Notes under the pieces: generated by a model
Databases searched by the model: none
What the model was told of the DNA's origin: nothing
Seen by the model: the letters and a program-made list of their open reading frames with translations, nothing else
In this document: piece by piece, positions 1 through 9,560 of the stretch
Position numbering within the stretch: the first letter of the stretch is position 1
Layout of the letters: every line of letters begins with the position of its first letter
Program-made: the position numbers and the translations under genes
Source: Lentimicrobium sp.
GTDB taxonomy: Bacteria > Bacteroidota > Bacteroidia > Bacteroidales > Lentimicrobiaceae
Length of the DNA stretch: 64,000 bases
NCBI GenBank assembly: GCA_034007585.1
Contig: JAVEQP010000001.1
Location: 5,031-69,030, forward strand
Direction of reading: 5' to 3'

Positions 1-712
1 CAGGAGAAGTCCTAAGCTGTATGGAAGCAATGGGATACGTCATAATACCATAAAGCGGTATCCGGTTAATAATTTCATTATCGGACGAGAAGACAATCTT
101 AGCTGAAGGTTCCTTCACCACACTGGCCTCACCTCCGGAAAGGGCAGCCAAATCATTGAGTTGTTGCTGACCAAAGCGGTGACCAAAAAATAAATATGCA
201 TATTGTTGCCTGTTGCCCGATGAATCTGTCCGAATGGTTTCGAGGCCGGTAATTTTGTAAAGGATATTTCCAATCCAGCCATAATAGATAACTTTTTTTT
301 CTCCCGCTGGATTCCTGTTGAAGATATCCCTCGTTGCAGGTAAGAGTTTAGACAGTGTTGTCGATTTTTGAGGATAGGTTGCTAAAGGGATAAGATATTG
401 ATCCGCAAGAACTACAAAATCAATTCCTGAGAGCCTGATACATGTTTTTAGAGAATCAGGAATTTGTGTATCGCGTGAATATAAGTCAGGTTGCAGATCC
501 TTTAAGGTTGAAAGTGCGGTGATGATGCGATTTTCCATTCGTAATTGCATCGCATGGCTTTGCTGCATCTGCAGTTGCATCTGCTGAGTCAAAACCTCTT
601 TCTGCTGCTCACGTGCGTTGTAGCTTTGTAGCAGCATGAAAAACCCAAATAGTATCACAATGGCTGAACTTAAGATAATCAGCAGGGTGAGTTTGTTTCG
701 CGGGAAGAGCAT
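1..712 (-). CDS. Membrane-anchored periplasmic sensor-domain protein, probably the N-terminus of a sensor kinase (runs off the window start)
   Basis: Not in the ORF track. Hand translation from ATG 712 is open to base 2: MLFPRNKLTLLIILSSAIVILFGFFMLL (one TM helix), a Gln-rich coiled segment, then a ~180 aa soluble domain. No catalytic domain lies inside the window. Confidence 0.55.
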   Translation of the reverse strand, partial: MLFPRNKLTLLIILSSAIVILFGFFMLLQSYNAREQQKEVLTQQMQLQMQQSHAMQLRMENRIITALSTLKDLQPDLYSRDTQIPDSLKTCIRLSGIDFVVLADQYLIPLATYPQKSTTLSKLLPATRDIFNRNPAGEKKVIYYGWIGNILYKITGLETIRTDSSGNRQQYAYLFFGHRFGQQQLNDLAALSGGEASVVKEPSAKIVFSSDNEIINRIPLYGIMTYPIASIQLRTSP

Positions 713-995
713 AGGTAGAACAAGTGTAGTGTTGGTTGAGTGCCTTATGACTATTAATGGATAAGTAAAGGTTTTGTAACTAAGTAGTAAAATATTTATT
801 TTTAAAAAATAATATTGCCTGTGATTTTTGCCAATTTACAATCTTATATAAAATTACTATATTGAGTATTTTCGCATAATTGCGGTATATTTGACAATGG
901 AAAGAAAATGGTGGGTATGCCCGGCAGGTTTATTGGTGTATCTAATGTTACTAATGCCAGGTTATTTGTATTTTTACCCACCTAATCTGAAAATT

Positions 996-2873
996 ATGCG
1001 CCTGAATATAATACCATATCTACTGGTTTTTTTTCTCTTTTCAGGATGTTATCCATCATATGCACAGTTAAGTGATGGAGGCATTCCCGCTTCACAACTT
1101 CTGCGTATAGTTGACAAGCCTTTGGTTGTATCACTAGCACCACCTGACGTTCAGGATTTACTTCTTCAGGATGATATGTTGATGCAGTCAGGCGAACCAC
1201 AACGCATAGGCTTAAATTTAAAAGTTGATTACACTCCTTCCCATAATCAGGTTTGGATAAATACCGGAAGAGGAACCCAATATTGCCGTACCTTATTTAC
1301 TTCAAAAGGGGCTAAAGGTCTGGCCTTGTATTTTTCCGGTTTTAAACTGCCCTCCGGAGCCCGGCTTTTTGTTTATACTCCGGGGTATTCCCATTGCATT
1401 GGGGCCTTTACTCAAAACAACAATATGCGCAACGGTTATTTTGCCACCGGTCTGTTGCCCGGTGATTCCATAATAGTGGAATATGAAACTCCGTTGGGGG
1501 TTAATGATGGATTCGTTATTGATGAAATTATGTATATGTACCGTCCATTGCCCGGTAATATAACAGATCGCTCAGGGAACTGTCAGGTAAATACAGCCTG
1601 TAGTGAAGGCAACCTTTGGCGCGATCAGATCAACAGTGTGGTACGCATTATGATAAAAAACGGCGATTTTAATTTCTGGTGTACGGGCACCCTGCTTAAC
1701 AATACATCCGCTGATTTCAGGCCATTGCTGCTCACCGCTGATCATTGTGCCGAAAGTCAGGGCACCTATTCAACAGCAGCGGACGTTGCCAGATGGATTT
1801 TCTATTTTCAGTTTCAGACACCTGAATGCGAAAACTTAGTCATTACAGATGCCAAATCATTAACAGGTGCGGTAAAACTGGCCAGCAGCTCCGCCCAGGG
1901 CAACAATGGCAGCGACTTTTACCTTGTTACCCTCAACAATCAGGTGCCTGCCGATTATACACCTTTTTATGCAGGTTGGGATATTTCAGGGGAATTATCA
2001 ACCTCCGGTGTCAGTATTCATCATCCCGGTGGAGATGTAAAAAAAATCAGCACCTACACCCAGCCCCTTACTTCCACCCAATGGGGAAATAAGCCCGGCA
2101 CTCATTTTAAGGTGAATTGGAGTGCCACGGAAAATGGCCATGGCACCACTGAAGGCGGGTCTTCAGGCTCTCCGTTATTTAACAATAATGGATACATAAT
2201 TGGTCAGCTTACGGGAGGTGAATCAAGCTGTAGTCAGCCCGATGCGCCTGATTATTACGGGAAAATCGCTTATTCATGGCTGTCGAACGGCAGAGCCGAC
2301 AGCTCCCGGCTCAAACCCTGGCTGGATCCGGAGGATCTGGGATTGGAGAAATTATCCGGTTCATTCAATACCCGGCAGGCACTGGCGCGGTTCAAGGCAG
2401 ATACCACATTGATCGGGGTAGGAGGGAAGGTGCATTTTGCCAATCTTTCGCTGGGAAATCCACTTACTTTTTATTGGGAATTTGAAGGTGGTGATCCCTC
2501 CTCAAGCAATCAGTCCATTCCGCCTGAAATAACTTATCGTAACTCTGGTGTTTATAGCGTTAAACTGAAAGTTGCCAACCAATTTGGTGCCGATAGCCTG
2601 ATACGTGAGCAATACATTAAAGTGGTCCCGGTCATATTTCCCAATCCGACTTCGGGCTTAGTTTATGCCATTGCCGGCGAACAGGGTGCAGCCCTGCAAT
2701 CAATAACCATTACCAACATACTGGGACAGGAGGTTGGCCGGTTACAGCCGCCCTTTAAAAGTGGCACACTGGCCGAAATTGATCTGGGACTTCTGCCTTC
2801 AGGCTATTACCTGATAACCATCCGGGATACTATGGGGGTCACTACCCAAAAGGTCATGAAGTCACCTTATTGA
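996..2873 (+). CDS. Secreted trypsin-fold (lysyl endopeptidase-like) serine protease with PKD domain and T9SS C-terminal domain
   Basis: Catalytic motifs TADHC, DFYLV and GSSGSP; PKD-like WEFEGGDP...Y...G.Y.VKL; IFPNPT CTD. Start moved from 891 to ATG 996 (signal peptide MRLNIIPYLL...YAQ) because a TATATTTG promoter box overlaps 886-893. Confidence 0.85.
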   Translation: MRLNIIPYLLVFFLFSGCYPSYAQLSDGGIPASQLLRIVDKPLVVSLAPPDVQDLLLQDDMLMQSGEPQRIGLNLKVDYTPSHNQVWINTGRGTQYCRTLFTSKGAKGLALYFSGFKLPSGARLFVYTPGYSHCIGAFTQNNNMRNGYFATGLLPGDSIIVEYETPLGVNDGFVIDEIMYMYRPLPGNITDRSGNCQVNTACSEGNLWRDQINSVVRIMIKNGDFNFWCTGTLLNNTSADFRPLLLTADHCAESQGTYSTAADVARWIFYFQFQTPECENLVITDAKSLTGAVKLASSSAQGNNGSDFYLVTLNNQVPADYTPFYAGWDISGELSTSGVSIHHPGGDVKKISTYTQPLTSTQWGNKPGTHFKVNWSATENGHGTTEGGSSGSPLFNNNGYIIGQLTGGESSCSQPDAPDYYGKIAYSWLSNGRADSSRLKPWLDPEDLGLEKLSGSFNTRQALARFKADTTLIGVGGKVHFANLSLGNPLTFYWEFEGGDPSSSNQSIPPEITYRNSGVYSVKLKVANQFGADSLIREQYIKVVPVIFPNPTSGLVYAIAGEQGAALQSITITNILGQEVGRLQPPFKSGTLAEIDLGLLPSGYYLITIRDTMGVTTQKVMKSPY

Positions 2874-2964
2874 GAATTTGAAGCAATACACCGGAAGCTT
2901 TAAGCTGAAATGTTTTTGGATAATCCCGTGAAATTTATTTCTATGGGAAAATAAACTGTCTGAT

Positions 2965-3951
2965 TTAGTGGTTCATCAGGGTTTCATTAACCAGGTCAGT
3001 AAAAAACTCTTTTAAACCAATACCCATTGTGGCTGCTTGTTTGGGAACAATACTGGCTTCTGAAAGTCCCGGAACGGTGTTGGCTTCAAGAAAGTAGAAT
3101 TGCGACATGTTCTTTAAAATGTAATCGAACCGCACAATCCCCCTGCAGTTGAGGTGACGATAAAGATGAAGTGACATTTGTTTGCATTCCCGGGTAAGTT
3201 CTTCACTGATGCGCGCAGGCGATATTTCGTCGGCCTTACCTACGGAATATTTGGCATCATAATCGAAAAATTCATTGTGAGGCACAACCTCCGTGAGTGG
3301 CAATATCACAGGCTGTCCGTTTTTTTCATAAATGCCGCAGGTAACCTCCATGCCTTCAATATATTCCTGAATGAGCACTTCAGTATCTGTAAGAAATGCA
3401 GCTTGAATGGCAGGCTCAAGGCCTTCACTGTTCATTACCTTATTCATACCTACACTGGATCCATTGCTGTTTGGCTTTACGAAACAGGGTAAACCCGTAA
3501 AAGAAAGGATATCAGCAGTATTGTAAAAGTCGCGTTGATGCAAATAGATTGTCTTCGCTACTTTAATCCCCGCAGATTTAACCACCTCATTGGTAAAAAA
3601 TTTATTGAACGTAAGCGCCGCTGTGGTTCTGCCACAAGTATTGTAAGGTATGTGCATCATATCAAGATAGCCCTGAAGTATGCCATCTTCACCGGGGGTG
3701 CCATGTATAGCGATAAAGGCAGCATCAAATGCTATTTTCCGGCCACTCAGGGTAAGGGTAAAGTCATTTCGGTCAACCCGACTCGTGTTGCCTGCATCAT
3801 CCATATACAGCCACTGGTCTGCAGTAACCTGTATGGCATATACGTTAAAGAGCTCGTGGTCAAGGTATCTGGCCACCACTTTGCCGGTTTCAACAGAGAT
3901 GGCATATTCCTTTGAATAACCTCCTGTAAGAAGGGCGATGTTCTTTTTCAT
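2965..3951 (-). CDS. ddl: D-alanine--D-alanine ligase
   Basis: GGYSKEYAIS, HGTPGEDG, FVKPNSNGSS, EFFDYDAKY and LEANTVPG motifs. Confidence 0.96.
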   Translation of the reverse strand: MKKNIALLTGGYSKEYAISVETGKVVARYLDHELFNVYAIQVTADQWLYMDDAGNTSRVDRNDFTLTLSGRKIAFDAAFIAIHGTPGEDGILQGYLDMMHIPYNTCGRTTAALTFNKFFTNEVVKSAGIKVAKTIYLHQRDFYNTADILSFTGLPCFVKPNSNGSSVGMNKVMNSEGLEPAIQAAFLTDTEVLIQEYIEGMEVTCGIYEKNGQPVILPLTEVVPHNEFFDYDAKYSVGKADEISPARISEELTRECKQMSLHLYRHLNCRGIVRFDYILKNMSQFYFLEANTVPGLSEASIVPKQAATMGIGLKEFFTDLVNETLMNH

Positions 3952-4189
3952 GGGATGGTAAGTTAAAGTAAGCTTTTTGTCGCATCAGTAAAATCCGCAA
4001 ATAAACGATTATTTTTGCCGAATGTTGCCTTCTGCACTGCATGGCTGCAAAATTAATGACAAACCAGGGTATTTCATAGCTTCCATTTATTTATATCTTT
4101 GCATCTATAAACAATATTTCTGACAGCACTTAGTTATTTCTCAAAGGTTCCGGCCCCTGTTGGTCGGAAAGGTCTGGCAAAAAGCAGGT

Positions 4190-5020
4190 ATGAACTTTTT
4201 TCAATTTCTTCAAACCAAAGTATTTCTGCGTAATTTTGCGGCATCTGTCATCATTACGGTGATTCTTGCTGCATTGGTATTGTGGATGTTAAAGGGATAT
4301 ACCCATCACGGGGAATCGGTAACCGTACCTTCCTTGCTTGGTATGATGCCCAATCAGCTAAATCAACTGGAGACCATTGATTATTTTGATGTAATCATCG
4401 TGGATTCAGTTTATGATGCTCGTTTACCCAAAGGATCAGTCGCTATTCAAGACCCTTTACCGGGCGCAAATGTAAAGAAGAACCGAAAAATTTACCTTAC
4501 CCTTGTCTCTACCCTTCCCGAAAAGGTAGCTATGCCCAATCTGATTGACCTTACGCTGCGGCAGGCTAAAGCCACGCTCGAAACCTATGGGCTGCGTTTA
4601 GGAGAAGTGAAATATGTGCCGGATATTGCACAAAATGCAGTGCTGGGGCAAAATTATCAAGGTCATCCCATCCCGGCCGGGCAGGTTATCCTTAAAGGTT
4701 CGACTATTGAACTCAGGGTCGGCCAGAGTGTCGGCAGCGGTAGGGTACTGATTCCCTTTTTATTGGGTAAAAGCCGTGAAGAAGCTTTGAAACTTTTGGG
4801 AGATCGTTATCTTACCCTGGGTGATGAAACTTATGAAGATGATGCTTCGCCTGAAACCGCGCGGGTGTATAGTCAGAGTCCGTCCTTTGTAAAAGGAATG
4901 CTCATCAATGCAGGGCAAACGGTAAGCCTGGTGTTCCGCGATCCCGATAATTTCGATTTTGATGAATACCTGAATTTAATGGTTGTCGATACCCTGGATT
5001 TAAGGATGGAAGATCAATAG
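4190..5020 (+). CDS. PASTA-domain membrane protein
   Basis: N-terminal TM helix, then three PASTA-like repeats (VPSLLG, MPNLID, IPFLLG); divergent from ddl. ATG 4190 preferred over the alternative start at 4160. Confidence 0.88.
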   Translation: MNFFQFLQTKVFLRNFAASVIITVILAALVLWMLKGYTHHGESVTVPSLLGMMPNQLNQLETIDYFDVIIVDSVYDARLPKGSVAIQDPLPGANVKKNRKIYLTLVSTLPEKVAMPNLIDLTLRQAKATLETYGLRLGEVKYVPDIAQNAVLGQNYQGHPIPAGQVILKGSTIELRVGQSVGSGRVLIPFLLGKSREEALKLLGDRYLTLGDETYEDDASPETARVYSQSPSFVKGMLINAGQTVSLVFRDPDNFDFDEYLNLMVVDTLDLRMEDQ

Positions 5021-5077
5021 TCTGGCAGATGGCATGGCCATTGTTGCTGGAAAATCGTACCAACGAAACTTTATACA

Positions 5078-7087
5078 ATGAAAAATATTAGTACCATTAT
5101 TATATTTTTTCTTAGCCTTGTTGTTGTGGCACAAGGGCAGGAAGTAATCACTCCCTTGCAGACCAATGCAAGGCTTCAGAAAATTGCCAGGGAATTTAAA
5201 ACCCAACGTGAAGTTGCATCTGGTCAGTCCTTATCTCTGCCCTTCTTCGACGATTTCAGTGGCCCTGAAGGCTACCCTGATCCGTCGCTTTGGGATGGGA
5301 AAGATGTATTCATTAATGATGAATATGCTGTTTTCCCTCCTACGGTAGGGGTAGCTACTTTTGATGCCATCAACCGTCTTGGTGAGTTGCATGAAAATGC
5401 CAGCCCCTTTCCGTTTATGGCTGATATGCTCACCTCCAGAATAATCCGCCTTGACTCTGTTTTTGATCCCATTCCACGGAAAATCAGGCGTTCCGATTCT
5501 CTGTTTTTTAGCTTTTATTATCAGCCCCAGGGCCGTGGTAATGTGCCTGCTCCTTCCGATTCACTGGTGCTCGAATTTCTAGCTCCGGGAGAGACCCTCA
5601 TAAATATTATTCCGCCCGATACCATCATCACAGGCATCGATACCCTGATTAATCCGGGGGATACTATTGTAATAGAAGGCTGGCGAAGAATGTGGAGCTC
5701 ACCGGGAATGTCACTTGAAACGTTCAGGCTAAAATACAATACATGGTTCCAGCAGGTTGTCGTCGCGGTGGATGACAGTGCTCGTTTTTACACCGACAAT
5801 TTCCGGTTCCGGTTTCGCAATTATGCCAGTCTTGCTGACCCCATTCTGCCCGACTGGCAAAGTAACGGTGATCAGTGGAATATTGATTATGTGTACCTGA
5901 ATATTGACCGTGGTATTCATGATACCCTTCACCGGGATGTGGCCTTTGCAGCGAAAGCGCCGAATATGCTGCGTACATACACCTCCATGCCTTACAATCA
6001 GTACAGAGAAGGTTATATCAATGCCATGCGCGATACGCTAACCATGCGCATTACCAACCTGGACGGCGAGGACTATAATTCTTCCTATCGTTACGAAGTA
6101 TCGCGTGATTTTGGGGAACCTTTTTACTTTTACAATGGAGGTAACTATGCCATTTTACCCTTTGTAACCGCAGGCTATGTCAACCACCAGCCGTTTTCGC
6201 GACCAGCGGTGAATTTTGTATTCCCGATTGGTACTCAGGAAAAGGTGTATTTTACTACTACACATATCCTGAATACCCAGGCCAATATTGGCCGAAAGCA
6301 AAACGACACCCTTCGCCAGGTGCAGGTATTCGCCAATTACCTTTCATACGACGATGGGTCGGCTGAAGCAGGCTATGGACTAACACCCTCAGGTGGACAG
6401 ATGGCCTATAAATTTGTACTCAACCGGCCCGATTCACTCATAGGTATAAATATGTATTTTAACCAAACGCTGAACCAGGGGAACCTGAAAACTTTCTATC
6501 TGAATGTTTGGAACGATTACTTTGGAGAGCCTGGTGAGCTCATCTATTCCCGATATGGCTATGAACCCCAGTACAGCGATAGCCTGAATACTTTTGTACT
6601 TTATAAGACAGACAGCATAATTCAAATCAATAACAAAACATTTCCCAACCTGATATTTTATGTTGGCTTTGAACAAACTTCCGCTGCCAATATCAATATT
6701 GGTTTCGACTGGAACAATGATGCTTCGGCCTATGTTTTCTGGAAAACTTTTGGCGCATGGAGCAACAGCCTGTATGCCGGTGCCCCCATGATCAGGCCCG
6801 TATTGGGAAAGGAGAAAGTAGTTGGTTTGGATGAGCCGGCAGAAACCGGACATTTGCGGATTTTTCCCAATCCTGTCGCTGATGAATGGGTGATGATTGA
6901 ACTGCCTGAAGCAAAACAATCATCAATTATGTTTACACGAATTTATTCAGCCGATGGAAGGTTGGTGTACGAAAAACCATATACCCGGGAAAATTATATT
7001 GGTGAACTTTCGCCGGGTTTTTATATGGTGACGGTTAGCGATCCTCAAACTAAGGTTCAGGCTACCGGAAAACTAATGAAAAAATAG
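5078..7087 (+). CDS. T9SS type-A sorting domain protein, function unknown
   Basis: Signal peptide, LPFFDDFS motif, and C-terminal IFPNP...PGFYMV CTD. Confidence 0.8.
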   Translation: MKNISTIIIFFLSLVVVAQGQEVITPLQTNARLQKIAREFKTQREVASGQSLSLPFFDDFSGPEGYPDPSLWDGKDVFINDEYAVFPPTVGVATFDAINRLGELHENASPFPFMADMLTSRIIRLDSVFDPIPRKIRRSDSLFFSFYYQPQGRGNVPAPSDSLVLEFLAPGETLINIIPPDTIITGIDTLINPGDTIVIEGWRRMWSSPGMSLETFRLKYNTWFQQVVVAVDDSARFYTDNFRFRFRNYASLADPILPDWQSNGDQWNIDYVYLNIDRGIHDTLHRDVAFAAKAPNMLRTYTSMPYNQYREGYINAMRDTLTMRITNLDGEDYNSSYRYEVSRDFGEPFYFYNGGNYAILPFVTAGYVNHQPFSRPAVNFVFPIGTQEKVYFTTTHILNTQANIGRKQNDTLRQVQVFANYLSYDDGSAEAGYGLTPSGGQMAYKFVLNRPDSLIGINMYFNQTLNQGNLKTFYLNVWNDYFGEPGELIYSRYGYEPQYSDSLNTFVLYKTDSIIQINNKTFPNLIFYVGFEQTSAANINIGFDWNNDASAYVFWKTFGAWSNSLYAGAPMIRPVLGKEKVVGLDEPAETGHLRIFPNPVADEWVMIELPEAKQSSIMFTRIYSADGRLVYEKPYTRENYIGELSPGFYMVTVSDPQTKVQATGKLMKK

Positions 7088-7109
7088 CCGGAGTTTTTCC
7101 GTTGAGATT

Positions 7110-8165
7110 ATGTCTGATTCTGAACTCCACGATGTACCAGATTTTATTGATGATGAGAACGTAGAGAATGAACTATACGAGCACCATCGTCTCGTGGCTG
7201 ATAAAGGCCAGGGTTTGCTTCGTATTGATAAATTTTTGATGCTCCGCATCGAAAATGCCTCACGCAATAAAATACAACAGGCTGCAAAAGCTGGGAATAT
7301 ACTGGTTAACAATGTTGCCGTAAAGCAGAATTATCGGGTAAAGCCGCTTGACGTCATCTCTGTGGTGCTTGCCTTCCCTCCCAGGGACACCACCGTTTAT
7401 CCCCAGGATATTCCACTTAATATCGTTTATGAAGATGCGCACCTGCTGCTGGTGAACAAAGAGGCTGGTATGGTCGTTCATCCGGGATATGCCAATTTTG
7501 ACGGTACCATGCTGAATGCATTGGTCTGGCACCTCAGGCATCAGCCGGGAGCAAGGCCGGATGCCATGCCCTTGCTGGTACACCGTATTGATAAGGATAC
7601 CTCCGGAATTATACTGGTGGCCAAAACCGAAGAGGCCCAGTCGAAACTTGCCAACGACTTTTTTCACCATACCATACAACGTACTTATCAGGCCATTGTA
7701 TGGGGAGTGCCCCGCGAAAGTGAAGGAACGATAACCGGTAATGTGGGCCGTAATCTTTCCAACCGCCTGATTATGACGGTTTTCCCTGATGGTAGTCATG
7801 GTAAGCATGCGGTAACTCACTATAAATTGTTGCGCGATTTTAGTTATGTCAGCCTGGTTGAATGTAAGCTTGAAACAGGGCGCACTCACCAGATCAGGGC
7901 GCACATGAAATATCTCGGCCACCCGCTGTTTGCCGATGAGCGCTATGGTGGCATGCAAATTTTACGGGGTACTACTTCAGGCGCTTATAAAAAGTTTGTA
8001 GAAAATTGCTTTGAGATTCTTCCGCGCCAGGCTCTCCATGCAAAGTCTTTGGGATTTGCGCATCCCATTACCGGCCAAGCCATGTTTTTTGATTCGGAAT
8101 TACCTACTGATATGCTCCTGGTACTGGAAAAATGGGAAAATTACCTCTCAAATCGCATTTTCTGA
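7110..8165 (+). CDS. rluD: RluA-family 23S rRNA pseudouridine synthase with S4 domain
   Basis: S4 domain (RIDKFL...SRNKIQ), catalytic VHRIDKDTSG, LETGRTHQIR and QALHA motifs. Confidence 0.93.
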   Translation: MSDSELHDVPDFIDDENVENELYEHHRLVADKGQGLLRIDKFLMLRIENASRNKIQQAAKAGNILVNNVAVKQNYRVKPLDVISVVLAFPPRDTTVYPQDIPLNIVYEDAHLLLVNKEAGMVVHPGYANFDGTMLNALVWHLRHQPGARPDAMPLLVHRIDKDTSGIILVAKTEEAQSKLANDFFHHTIQRTYQAIVWGVPRESEGTITGNVGRNLSNRLIMTVFPDGSHGKHAVTHYKLLRDFSYVSLVECKLETGRTHQIRAHMKYLGHPLFADERYGGMQILRGTTSGAYKKFVENCFEILPRQALHAKSLGFAHPITGQAMFFDSELPTDMLLVLEKWENYLSNRIF

Positions 8166-8220
8166 TAACGCCGGTAACTTTTTACTTTCCTGATTGTTCA
8201 AAATATAATCAACCGGAGTT

Positions 8221-8772
8221 ATGGACGATCTTTCAGCCTTACGCAACCTTGTACTTGCGCCTTATATTTTAAAAGCCACAGCCCTGGTGAGTGTCAGTCG
8301 TAAGGTGGGCGGTAATCAGTTCAGGCATTCGTTTGCTACTCTTGGTATTTTGCTCGATTACCACCTGGTGCATGACCCGGTGCTGCTAAAGGCATCGCTC
8401 TTACACGATTTGTTTGAAGAGTTGCCGGCTACCGAAGTGGATGAGGTTCGGCACATTGATCACGATGGCAATGCAGTGGTTGATCTGGTGCTTGAAGTCA
8501 CCCGAAGAGTCACAGAGACTAAGGAAGAATACCTTCAGAGGGTACTGGATTATGGCAGTTGGAATGCCAGACTACTCAAATGTGCTGACCGCATCAGTAA
8601 CCTGACCGATTTGCACCGCGATTCTCACAAAATCTCTAAAATAAGTGCCTATCTTGATCAAACAGAGCAGTTTATCATGCCAATGGCGCAGCAGGTAAAT
8701 AAAGATATGTTCGTTGAACTGAACGACCTGGTTTATCGCCGTCGGCTAATCATTGAAAAGCTTAATCTTTAA
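8221..8772 (+). CDS. Single-domain HD hydrolase of RelA/SpoT-hydrolase (small alarmone hydrolase/Mesh1-like) type
   Basis: SRKVGGNQFRH, ASLLHDLFEE and KCADRISN match the RSH hydrolase motif pattern; no synthetase domain. Confidence 0.7.
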   Translation: MDDLSALRNLVLAPYILKATALVSVSRKVGGNQFRHSFATLGILLDYHLVHDPVLLKASLLHDLFEELPATEVDEVRHIDHDGNAVVDLVLEVTRRVTETKEEYLQRVLDYGSWNARLLKCADRISNLTDLHRDSHKISKISAYLDQTEQFIMPMAQQVNKDMFVELNDLVYRRRLIIEKLNL

Positions 8773-8980
8773 TTATTGTTCAGAAGTTAGATTGCCGGTT
8801 GAAAAAAGCAAAACTGTTCAATCTCTATGCCCCAGTTTGCAGGCTTCACCAGTGAAGATTCTACCTTTGGTCGTGACTAATTCCCCGGGACGCTGTAAAA
8901 CTCACCCAATTTATGGTTAATTTAACGGTAGCTGAGTGAAACATCTTCCGGGTAATAGATATAATTATCTTATCATTGAT

Positions 8981-9012
8981 GTTGTTTTATTGCTTTTGGT
9001 TAATTACATTTG
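8981..9012 (+). promoter_or_regulatory. Bacteroidota sigma-A promoter for the rnk leader
   Basis: TTG (8982-8984), a 20-nt spacer, then TACATTTG (9005-9012) matching TAnnTTTG. Confidence 0.6.
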
Positions 9013-9027
9013 CAAAAAAATAAGCAC

Positions 9028-9063
9028 ATGTTGTTATTGAATTATTTGCTTTTCATTACATAA
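9028..9063 (+). CDS. Candidate leader peptide MLLLNYLLFIT*
   Basis: 11-codon ORF between the promoter and the terminator upstream of rnk; 5 of 11 codons are Leu. Translation is unproven. Confidence 0.3.
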   Translation: MLLLNYLLFIT

Positions 9064-9095
9064 AATCTGGCCACGTTGCATTCATCATTAAGTTG

Positions 9096-9126
9096 AACCG
9101 GCCTACAACCGGTTTTTTTGTTTTTT
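9096..9126 (+). terminator. Premature intrinsic terminator (attenuator) in the rnk 5' leader
   Basis: AACCGG-CCTACAA-CCGGTT followed by TTTTTGTTTTTT, ending 12 nt before the rnk ATG at 9139. Confidence 0.7.
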
Positions 9127-9138
9127 AATCAAACCACC

Positions 9139-9549
9139 ATGAAAGAAATTCTTGTAAGTAAAAAAGATATGGCTCGCTTACGTGAGCGTATTGAGAAAGC
9201 GCGCAGCGGTGGCTTAAAGGCCCCGATTAACCTTTCATTTCTCATTTCAGAGCTCGACAGGGCAAAAGTGCTGCCTTCCGAAAAAATGCCGGCAGATGTA
9301 ATCACCATGAATTCAGTAATTACCATGGAATATCTGAATAGCAGTAAAACTATGCAGATACAACTGGTATATCCTGAACAGGCCGATGTGTCGAAACAGA
9401 AGATTTCGATTTTTGCTCCTGTGGCTACCGCCTTGCTTGGTTTCAGGGTGGGTGATATTGTGGAATGGAAAATGCCTACCGGAATGGCGCAAATGAAAAT
9501 TACCAATATTGTATATCAGCCGGAATCCGCCGGCGATTTTGATGTATAG
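9139..9549 (+). CDS. rnk: Rnk / GreA-GreB-family nucleoside diphosphate kinase regulator
   Basis: ELDRAKV...DVITMNS...LVYP...ISIFAPVATALLG...W..P pattern; lacks the long GreA coiled-coil. Confidence 0.85.
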   Translation: MKEILVSKKDMARLRERIEKARSGGLKAPINLSFLISELDRAKVLPSEKMPADVITMNSVITMEYLNSSKTMQIQLVYPEQADVSKQKISIFAPVATALLGFRVGDIVEWKMPTGMAQMKITNIVYQPESAGDFDV

Positions 9550-9560
9550 CGCTTAAAGCG

